Assembly: GCA_021513695.1 (NCBI GenBank)
Contig: CP084166.1
Span: forward strand, 480,001 to 544,000
DNA: 64,000 bases
Direction of reading: 5' to 3'
From: Candidatus Heimdallarchaeum aukensis
GTDB taxonomy: Archaea; Asgardarchaeota; Heimdallarchaeia; Heimdallarchaeales; Heimdallarchaeaceae
Shown here: positions 27,837 through 35,861 of the stretch, in pieces
Layout: each line of letters begins with the position of its first letter
Position numbering within the stretch: position 1 is the stretch's first letter
The notes under the pieces: model-generated
Seen by the model: only the letters and a program-made list of their open reading frames with translations
Databases searched by the model: none
Told to the model about the DNA's origin: nothing
Program-made: the position numbers and the translations under genes

Positions 27837-28391
27837 ATGTGTGAGCTAGTATATGTAACATTAGCTGGTTCTTCTAAAAAAGCTATTGTAAACTCAATAT
27901 ATTTTACAGTAAAAGAATTTATTAAAAAAAATATTAAATCAGTTGAAAAATTGTCAATTTTGATAATAAAATCAAATACAAGTCCAATAAAAAAAGAGTC
28001 TATAAAAACTTCTATAACAGAATATTTTAGTCTATCAAAAGAATTATCGGATATCAAAATTGAATTTTTCGAAGAAAAAGTAGTTCCAGAGCATATGTTA
28101 ATAGATATTTTTAAAGAGATTCAAAATGAACTTGTTCCTTTTTTAGACAATAATCAAAATAAGCTAATTATTGTAGATTTGACCGCATCAAGAAAAATAA
28201 TGTCGATAGGTCTCACTCTAAGTATTATTGAGTATTGGAAAAAGAAAAAAAACAACAATGTTTTTGTGTCCTATTACTTACTTAAGAAATTTTACGACAA
28301 TAAAGAGAAAATAACTATAGAATTATTTCCTGATGAATTCTCCGTTGAAATATGGTCTATCAAAGATTTAGAGGTGATCTTTAGTGAATGA
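27837..28391 (+). CDS. Small Rossmann-like protein, possible stand-alone CARF-type sensor domain
   Basis: VYVTLAGSS and LIIVDLTASRKIMSIGLTLS parallel the csx1 CARF motifs (FMTVGTA; IDYTSGTKTMTMSAA). It is divergent from cmr1. Its 3' end overlaps the next gene's GTG by 8 nt. Confidence 0.4.
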   Translation: MCELVYVTLAGSSKKAIVNSIYFTVKEFIKKNIKSVEKLSILIIKSNTSPIKKESIKTSITEYFSLSKELSDIKIEFFEEKVVPEHMLIDIFKEIQNELVPFLDNNQNKLIIVDLTASRKIMSIGLTLSIIEYWKKKKNNNVFVSYYLLKKFYDNKEKITIELFPDEFSVEIWSIKDLEVIFSE

Positions 28392-28980
28392 TAAAGAAAC
28401 AGAACTATATTTTGCTCAGTTTTTTGAAAAATTTCTAAAAAACAAAGAAATTATCATTAAAGGTTACAATGAAAGCAAAAATAGTGAATTTGAAATATCT
28501 TTCTCTGAACCGAAATTAATTTTCACTGGTGGTTTGCTCAATAGTACCATTCGAGATCTACTCTTTAATATAGCTATAGACAAAAATCAATTTGCTAAAA
28601 ACTATGAAGAACTAATTAGTGCAATTAATGAGGAATATATCATCGCAAAAAAGGATAATCGAATTCTAGCTTTGGGTATTGATACCAATATAATCTATTC
28701 AGGAGTTCTACTTACTGGATTATACAAACGTTTAATGAAAAAATTAGACTGGAAATTCCCTTTAATTGTAATCTCACATACCACTTCAGAAGAAATTCAC
28801 TATAAACGAGCTTCTAAATATAAAAATCCAACTTTAAATCAATTTAAAGCTAATATTCAGAAACAATCTGAAAATATTCAAAGTTTATTAAATAAAGTAT
28901 TTGCTGAAGAAGGAATGAATATTTCAGAAAGTGTTTATAGAAATCTACTTGATAGAGATGGTAGATTAGGCCATCTCTAG
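28384..28980 (+). CDS. Hypothetical protein with a PIN-like nuclease core (tentative), possibly disrupted at the 3' end
   Basis: GAGGTGAT lies 5 nt before GTG 28384. LALGIDTNIIY gives a PIN-like first acidic motif and ISHTTSEEI a second. A further 46-codon ORF in another frame (28992-29132) follows the stop. Confidence 0.35.
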   Translation: MNDKETELYFAQFFEKFLKNKEIIIKGYNESKNSEFEISFSEPKLIFTGGLLNSTIRDLLFNIAIDKNQFAKNYEELISAINEEYIIAKKDNRILALGIDTNIIYSGVLLTGLYKRLMKKLDWKFPLIVISHTTSEEIHYKRASKYKNPTLNQFKANIQKQSENIQSLLNKVFAEEGMNISESVYRNLLDRDGRLGHL

Positions 28981-29200
28981 GAGTATACAAATTGCTCTTA
29001 CATCGCATTAAAATGAATACAATTGTAATAAAATCAATTCACCCTTATTACTCTGGAAAGTTTTCCAATAATGGAAATGTTCCTAGAGAAATTGGTGCAA
29101 TATATGATTCTTTAGTTTGCATTAATTCATAACTCTAGAAGAAGGATTTTTGAACAAGATTAAATTAAAAAAAAAAAAGGATATAGAGAAAGTTGAGTTG

Positions 29201-30718
29201 TTACCAAATGAAGTCTACTATTAAGTTTCCAAGTGTCCAAGTAGATGGTAAAATACCAACTGATGCCAGAGCACACCATGCATCATACGCAAATCCAATA
29301 CCATACACAGGTTCTAAAGCATCACCAATACCAGCATCAATAACATTTGCAACAATAGTTTTCATTTCACTTGTAGAAATAGTACCGTCGTCAACAAGAG
29401 CGATTGCAACAGAAATAACACCTGTAGCAAGCATAGATATACATGGTGAAAAATAACTCGTTTTAAGAGCGTTTTTTAGGATATTTCTTATTTCTTCTTC
29501 AGTTATAGTGTCAGTAGGGGATACCTTAAACAAGTTTCCAATTAATTCATAGGTAGCATCTTTTATGTGTGCACCTGTGCTCCCTATTATTTTATCAGTG
29601 AAGTCTCTTAATGCTTTTGCCATTTTTCCTGCGGTTTCTGTGGAATGAGAAAGATAATAACTATTACAGTATCCCTTAATGTCTTCAATGACTTTTAGAG
29701 TATTATCTACAAGTTGATAACTATTCAATGAAGCTTTGATATCAGAGGTATCTGATGTTCTATCGCTAGCGAATGCCATTATAAATTCCCTGATTTCTCC
29801 AGAACCATCACCCCAACTAAATACATCTTTTGCTAGTATTTTCCATTTAAGGGGTCTGTGGGCGTAAGAAGGATTGTTTACTGATATCGTGAATTCAAGA
29901 GTTTTTTCTCCAGGATCTGGATTGGAAGAGCTATGTCTGTCCCATAATTGTGCTATATACACATTTTCATTATTAACAGCATCGTAGTAACCCAAATACA
30001 CATCAAGTTGAGTCCAGTCTGAGTATGATATCCTTGTCTTTACATATATATAATCAACATATACATTATCTGGTACGTAATAGTTATATATTGAAGCATA
30101 AGCCATAAAGGGATCGTCTAATTCTACTTCATTGTGATAAGTACTATCGAAGTAATAAGCATCTCTTGATACTGCTACAGAACCTTCACCCCCCTCACCG
30201 CCATATGGACTGTTTGTTTCATACTGACTATTTCCGCCTATTCCAGTTGTAATCGCGATAGACCAATAATCGATATATCCTTTATCACCGCTAGCACAAT
30301 CTTCTACGCGTAATTTCCATGTACCATAACAGTTGAATCCTTTAAAATAACTTGTAATAACGAAATCCTGATGGATGTCATCTGAGCTACCACCTTCTCT
30401 GTCCCAAATTTGATAAGTTAACCCACTAGGACTGACAACCCATATTTTTAGGTCTCCAATCCATGTATGAATAATGCTCACGTAAACTGAAACAGTATCT
30501 ATAGAATCAGATTTTGAGATATATATATAGCTTTCTGTTGTAGAATGATCATAGATATTATAGTTTGATCCATTGGACCCCTGTGTACCTGCAGCACTTG
30601 TAGCGCTAGTTGGCATTATGAATGTATTTTGAGGAATCACTGTTACTATCATTAATGCTAATATAGACAGACTTATTAAGTAGATTTTTGATTTAGATTT
30701 TAATTTCATGTTATCCAT
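29201..30718 (-). CDS. Secreted or membrane-anchored protein with two proprotein-convertase-type P domains and no protease domain
   Basis: The N-terminal signal/anchor is KIYLISLSILALMIVTVIP. The P-domain consensus is IIHTWIGDLKIWVVSPSG...GTWKLRVEDCASGDKGYIDYWSIAI. A second, weaker copy runs WTQLDVYLGY...WKILAKDVFSWGDGSGEIREF. Confidence 0.7.
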   Translation of the reverse strand: MDNMKLKSKSKIYLISLSILALMIVTVIPQNTFIMPTSATSAAGTQGSNGSNYNIYDHSTTESYIYISKSDSIDTVSVYVSIIHTWIGDLKIWVVSPSGLTYQIWDREGGSSDDIHQDFVITSYFKGFNCYGTWKLRVEDCASGDKGYIDYWSIAITTGIGGNSQYETNSPYGGEGGEGSVAVSRDAYYFDSTYHNEVELDDPFMAYASIYNYYVPDNVYVDYIYVKTRISYSDWTQLDVYLGYYDAVNNENVYIAQLWDRHSSSNPDPGEKTLEFTISVNNPSYAHRPLKWKILAKDVFSWGDGSGEIREFIMAFASDRTSDTSDIKASLNSYQLVDNTLKVIEDIKGYCNSYYLSHSTETAGKMAKALRDFTDKIIGSTGAHIKDATYELIGNLFKVSPTDTITEEEIRNILKNALKTSYFSPCISMLATGVISVAIALVDDGTISTSEMKTIVANVIDAGIGDALEPVYGIGFAYDAWCALASVGILPSTWTLGNLIVDFIW

Positions 30719-30910
30719 TTCTTCTCACCTGTCGTAAGTAGAGGCATCCTCATACTCAAATGGGATGCCAATTTATATTTCACTACCGTTCTTTAAAAAT
30801 CAATTGTGCTTATAAGCAAAGCCTAATCTTGTTTTAATCACCATCAAGAACTTTTATGAATATAAAAAGAAGAAAGCTTTTTATTGTTGTTATCATATTA
30901 AAATTTATTA

Positions 30911-33541
30911 GTGAGGTTCACAGCAGCAAATAAAATATTATTGTCTCTTTTATTCAATGATTGTGTTCATATGTCTAATTCCCATCAATATAATGTTAGC
31001 TATTATGCTACACAGCGTGGAATAGCTGAAAGTACAGGTATTCCTCTGACAAATATCCCTAGAACCCTAAAAATGTTAATTAAAAAAGGATTTGTAGAAC
31101 AAAGTATGGGGTATACAAAAGATGCAATAAGAAGAAGAAAAGTGTATTTTCTCACAGAAATTGGAAAAAAAATGGCACAAAACCTTTACCATGAGCTATT
31201 AGAGCAAGAAATTACAATAATTAATAAACACGGTAAGAGTGAATTACATCCATTTAATGAAGTAGCGAAATTATATAATGTAGACGTTATAAAGATACTT
31301 AGAAATTTGGATTTGCAAGGAAATATTATGCTGGAAGAGCTTGTTCAAAATAACAATGAGGCTAATAAAGTTTATTTTCTTAATTATACACCAGAAGAGA
31401 ATTTTTTTTTCGGAAGAAAGGAAGAATTAGAAAAAATCAGAAGATTTATTGAACACGAACACAAAAAAGTTATAGCTGTATACGGTATTGCAGGTATAGG
31501 AAAGACCTCGTTGATATTAAAAATAATGCAGAATTATAGAAAGAATTACAATATTTTTTATTATAGATTACACGAGTGGGACAGCTTACGAAGTGTGTTA
31601 ACTTCATTATCTGACTTTTTAAGTAGGCTTGGAAAGAAAAGTTTGAGAAAATATTTGAATAATAACAGACCTTGCCTTGATGAAGTTCAAGCAATATTAA
31701 GAAAAGAATTAATGAACGTTAATTCTCTGTTGGTAATCGACGAAGTTCAAAACATTGCGAGCGATGAAATAGTTGATTTACTAAAATATCTTATAATAAT
31801 CTTTTGTGCTGAAATTGAGAATTCAATCCTTATTTTCGCCAGTAGAAAGAGGGTTAATTTCTACTCAATGAAACATACTCTAAAACGAAGCATCGGAGAA
31901 ATTGTTTTGAATGGGCTGGATAGGGAATCAAGTAATAAAATAATTGAGAAGAATATAAATATAAGAAACTTTGAGGAAATTTATAATATTACACAGGGAC
32001 ATCCCCTTGCTCTTAGATTCATAAGTAATTGCAATACGTTAAAGAAAGGAGAAAAAAACATCCTGAATTATGCATTCAATGAAATATATGACAATCTCTC
32101 ACCAAAAGAGAAAGAATTGTTATTTTTTCTCTATACATGTCGATATCCAGTGACAACTCAAATGCTTTTAGATAATAACTTTTCTTATGAAACTTTCCAA
32201 AGACTCTATAACAAAAGCTTTTGTTTTAAAACAGTTTTAGGTAATGTGCAACTACATTATATCCTTCGCAGCTTCCTTCACAAGCTTTTCTCACATAGTA
32301 TATCAGAAAACACGCAAATAGTAACTAACATAAAGATTGCAGAATATTATAGAAAAAATAAAACACCCTTGAACATTATTGCTGCTATATATCATTATTT
32401 TCATGCAAAAGAACACGAACAAGCTATAAAGCTAGCGATTCAATATGAGGATCTAATTATCGAAAATGGTTATTCTCAAGAGTTGATAGATATTTTAGAA
32501 ACGTTTGAAAAAGATATTATTTTAAAAGAAGATTGGAAGAGTATACTACAACTCAAAGGTAACGCGTATAATGCAATAGGAAAAATAAATTATGCGTTAA
32601 ATTTATACTTACAAGTCTTGGAATTATGCAAGAATACAGAAAAACCAGAAATAGAGCTTTTATTGGAAATAGGAAAATTGTATTTGAAAAAAAACGCATT
32701 TGATATTGCTTTAGATAAATATATCGAATGTTTAAGAAATGCAAAAGAAAGTGATAATAAAGAGAACATTGCTTATAGTTACTATTATATAGGAAAAACC
32801 TACTGGAAAAAAGGAAATCTTAAAAAATCGATTAGATGTTTGAAGAAAGCTCTTAGGTTCAGTAATCAAACCAACAATCTACACCTTAAAGGAAAAATCT
32901 ACATGGATTTTGCGATGGTATATTCTCTCAGAGCAATGTGGCAACAAGCAATAAATAGTTCTCTTCTAAGTCTTGAATTATTAGAAAGAACAGGCAATTA
33001 CTATGAGATAAGTAAGGCGTATAATAATATTGGAGTAATCTATTCCTCTAGGGGAGATTATGAGAAAGCAATTTATTACTACGAAAAACAATTAAGATGT
33101 GCAGAGAAATACGACTTTATACGAACAAAAGTTTATGCTTTTTGTAATATTGCATGGGCAATTGCTAATAAAAATAATGTATCTAAACAAGAGTTAGAGA
33201 AAGCAATAGGTTTATGCTCACAAGCTTTTGATATCTCACGACATCTTAAGGATGATAGGATAACAGCAGGTCTCTACACAGCTTATGGTTGCTTATTTGC
33301 AAAAATGCAAAAGTGGGCAAAAGCTATCCATTACTTTAATCATGCAATCAACTACTTAGAAAAAGAGAAGGATATCCTTCTCCTTCCTCGAATATTTTTT
33401 TGGTTTGGAAAAATCTATAAAGAGAAAGGCGATATAGCCAATGCTAAGAAATATTTTAACAGAGCTTATAAATATTATAAAAGAAGAAAAAACCGAATAA
33501 GAATTAAAGAGATTGAAGTTGAATTAGAAACATGTGTTTAG
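30911..33541 (+). CDS. STAND ATPase: N-terminal winged HTH, NB-ARC-like NTPase, C-terminal TPR array
   Basis: The wHTH is QRGIAESTGIPLTNIPRTLKMLIKKGFVE. Walker A is YGIAGIGKTSL (from about nt 31484) and Walker B is LLVIDEVQ. A GxP motif (QGHPLAL) lies about 170 aa after the P-loop. The C-terminal ~400 aa have repeated TPR-like A/Y/G periodicity. Confidence 0.75.
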   Translation: MRFTAANKILLSLLFNDCVHMSNSHQYNVSYYATQRGIAESTGIPLTNIPRTLKMLIKKGFVEQSMGYTKDAIRRRKVYFLTEIGKKMAQNLYHELLEQEITIINKHGKSELHPFNEVAKLYNVDVIKILRNLDLQGNIMLEELVQNNNEANKVYFLNYTPEENFFFGRKEELEKIRRFIEHEHKKVIAVYGIAGIGKTSLILKIMQNYRKNYNIFYYRLHEWDSLRSVLTSLSDFLSRLGKKSLRKYLNNNRPCLDEVQAILRKELMNVNSLLVIDEVQNIASDEIVDLLKYLIIIFCAEIENSILIFASRKRVNFYSMKHTLKRSIGEIVLNGLDRESSNKIIEKNINIRNFEEIYNITQGHPLALRFISNCNTLKKGEKNILNYAFNEIYDNLSPKEKELLFFLYTCRYPVTTQMLLDNNFSYETFQRLYNKSFCFKTVLGNVQLHYILRSFLHKLFSHSISENTQIVTNIKIAEYYRKNKTPLNIIAAIYHYFHAKEHEQAIKLAIQYEDLIIENGYSQELIDILETFEKDIILKEDWKSILQLKGNAYNAIGKINYALNLYLQVLELCKNTEKPEIELLLEIGKLYLKKNAFDIALDKYIECLRNAKESDNKENIAYSYYYIGKTYWKKGNLKKSIRCLKKALRFSNQTNNLHLKGKIYMDFAMVYSLRAMWQQAINSSLLSLELLERTGNYYEISKAYNNIGVIYSSRGDYEKAIYYYEKQLRCAEKYDFIRTKVYAFCNIAWAIANKNNVSKQELEKAIGLCSQAFDISRHLKDDRITAGLYTAYGCLFAKMQKWAKAIHYFNHAINYLEKEKDILLLPRIFFWFGKIYKEKGDIANAKKYFNRAYKYYKRRKNRIRIKEIEVELETCV

Positions 33542-33562
33542 TTTAACTTTTGTAAGTTATTT

Positions 33563-33838
33563 ATGCAATTTTCATTGTTTACTTACACAAACAAGTTGAT
33601 ATTAACAAAAGATAAGCAATTATATTCTCTGTTAAAGAGGACTGGAATACGTAGCGAATATATGGAGCTACCTAAATCAAGAGAAATAGCCAATAAAATT
33701 AAAATAACATACAATCAGTTTTCATATCTTGCTCGAGAATTGTTAGTATTATCTCCTTATTTAATAATAGAAGTAGATAATAAATCAATAGTACTAACAA
33801 TGAATTGGTTTGGACATGAAAAAGAAAAAATGGTATAG
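33563..33838 (+). CDS. Hypothetical small protein
   Basis: This is a 91-aa ORF with no recognisable motif. Coding status is uncertain. Confidence 0.3.
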   Translation: MQFSLFTYTNKLILTKDKQLYSLLKRTGIRSEYMELPKSREIANKIKITYNQFSYLARELLVLSPYLIIEVDNKSIVLTMNWFGHEKEKMV

Positions 33839-33932
33839 AGGAGTAAAACGCTACAACAAAAATTGATGGTAAAGTTAGACATTTGTGTATTAAATGAAAT
33901 AAATATACTTATACAATATGAGCTATTGCGAT

Positions 33933-34301
33933 TTATAATTCTTCTAATTCATATTCTGTAACTTCTTTTTTAAATTCTTCTTCAGTTAATAGTACAACAT
34001 CAAAATCTAAATCTTCTATTTTCATATTAATAACATTGTATGAACTACCAATTTCAATATGAGCTTTAGGAAACCCATACTTGAGATTGGATGCAATCAT
34101 AGGATAAATATTCTTTTTAGGAGGATCTCCTGCAACAGTAAATATGATGTCTAAATCACTCTTATTACGATGATTCCCTCTTCTTCTTGAACCAGCTCTT
34201 GCTATTCCACTAACTCTAAGTCCAGTATTGTTTTTTATGAAATTTCCAATACTTCTCCACAACTTTGCATATCTCTGTTCAAATTCAGGTCTTTCAGCCA
34301 C
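33933..34301 (-). CDS. Minimal nucleotidyltransferase (Pol-beta superfamily, MNT-like)
   Basis: AGSRRRGNHRNKSDLDIIF matches the GS-x(9-10)-SD[LI]D signature. Length is 122 aa. Confidence 0.7.
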   Translation of the reverse strand: MAERPEFEQRYAKLWRSIGNFIKNNTGLRVSGIARAGSRRRGNHRNKSDLDIIFTVAGDPPKKNIYPMIASNLKYGFPKAHIEIGSSYNVINMKIEDLDFDVVLLTEEEFKKEVTEYELEEL

Positions 34302-34405
34302 AAGCTAAATTATTACTTAAAATATAAAAACATTTTTTCTTTTTTTCTTTAATTATTCTTAAAAATTTTTATTTTGAATTTCAAATTATTTTTTCAATTT
34401 GAATA

Positions 34406-35414
34406 AGAGCGTTCAAAAATTAATTTTTATTAATGTGAGGGTTTATGTTGGAATTATGACTTACTTTCAGATCAAGATCCCCACAAAGTAAGAGAATTCA
34501 TAATCATTATGAACCTTTCCTTAAGAAACTGGTGGATGAGAAAACGAGAGAAAGCAAAAAAGGAAGAAAAAGAATAGCAAAAAGATGGGTGATTCTGGCT
34601 TTAGCGATTATTGCTAGAATAGACGGGATAGCTTGGAGGAAGTTAGAAGAAAAGTTGTCTCTATGTGATTTTTTGATAGAAGAGGGGTGGATGAGGAAGA
34701 TTCCTTCTAAATCTACTTTTCATGCTGTATGGAGAGCAACAGAAAGTAAAATCTTAGAGCAGTGGATAATAGATTTAGGGGGAGAAATAGTGAGAAAAAA
34801 AGGGTTGAAAGCTATGGCGGTGGACAGTTCAGGGTTTAAAATCCATCAAGCTTCTGTTTGGCGTTTTCTCAAATGGTCAAGAGGGACACTAAAGAAAACC
34901 TCTAAACTAAACTTCTCTTGAAGATACACCTTATAGCTGGTTTACCCTCCAGAGCTATAGTCTCTCTAGCACATTCTGCTAGTAACACTCACGATAGTAA
35001 AGTCTTCGGTTTGTTATGGCAAAAACTTCCTTCTGCACTCTTAAGACCGCTCTTGAGATTCTATGGTGACTGCGCCCACTGGACAGAAAATATCGTCGGT
35101 CTTCTTAGCCAACATTCCTTTTTTCCTGTTATTCCCCCAAAAAGTAATGCTCGTTATCCCTCTCCTCCTCCCCTTGGACCAATAGTTCAAGCTCATCGTC
35201 TCTACCCTGTTCTCTATCGTTTATCATAATCACCACCCCGAGTATCGTAGTAGTATTGAACACGTCTTTGGTCTCCTCAAACTCTCTCTTCCCCCAATCC
35301 TTGATCGCTTACCCTCTACCATTCTCTCTACTCTTTATAGTTCTCTCCTCTGTTACAACTACCTTTTATTCCTTCGGACCGTTTAGCAGGTGAAAAAGAA
35401 TTTTTGGACATGCT
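34406..35414. mobile_element. Decayed IS element (IS4/IS5-superfamily-like), about 1.0 kb
   Basis: The imperfect terminal inverted repeats are agagcgttcaaaaatt (34406-34421) and aatttttggacatgct (35399-35414), 12/16 complementary. Both are flanked by tttgaat (left 34398-34404, right 35416-35422). Transposase fragments lie inside. Confidence 0.5.
34460..35386 (+). pseudogene. DDE transposase broken into at least 3 frames
   Basis: AVDSSGFKIHQAS is a DDE first-Asp region and YRSSIEHVFGLLK is a C-terminal IS5-like motif. The pieces lie in different frames (34532-34921, 34918-35229, about 35230-35386). The 3' half is conspicuously C/T-rich on the + strand. Confidence 0.55.
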
Positions 35415-35861
35415 TTTTGAATTAAATTTATCAATTCCTTATTGTCAAGAAAATCATTCTTAATGGAAAAAAATCTAAACAATTTTCATAGTTTGTTTCT
35501 CCAGCAATTATATCCTCTTTTAAAGGTTAGTAAAATAAAAAAAGCAATATCGCTTTCTGCACTTTAAAAAGTTTTATTCCACTCCTTATTTTCGAAGAAT
35601 TCAGTCATAATATTCTTAATTTATTCAGTTCTTGTTAAATAAAAAAAACAATAAAAATAGAATCACATCATTTCTTGAAGTTACAACTAACTTTTGGCGC
35701 ATAATAATTATAGATTAAAATACAAAAAGTTTGCTCAGAATTTGGGACTTTGAATGTTAAAATCATTATTCACTCTAGTTCGATTAGACTTTTGTAAAAA
35801 AAACATACAATAATAAAAAAAAATTTATTTTGATTTGAGAAAAATCCAATTCTCGTCTCAA

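Noticed and set aside
33563-33838. The 91-aa ORF as the HEPN partner of the adjacent MNT.
   Set aside because: It has no R-x4-6-H motif, it is on the opposite strand, and it is not in operon arrangement.
34532-35386. Programmed ribosomal frameshifting in the IS transposase.
   Set aside because: More than one frame change is needed, the fragments are separated by stops without a slippery motif that I could recognise, and the ends of the element are degenerate. Decay is the simpler explanation.
16839-35861. A CRISPR array associated with the cmr operon. I searched intergenic stretches 16839-17073, 27570-27836, 28981-29200, 33839-33932, 34302-34405 and 35415-35861, and also 53618-53959.
   Set aside because: No regularly spaced direct repeats were seen. 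These regions are plain AT-rich spacers.
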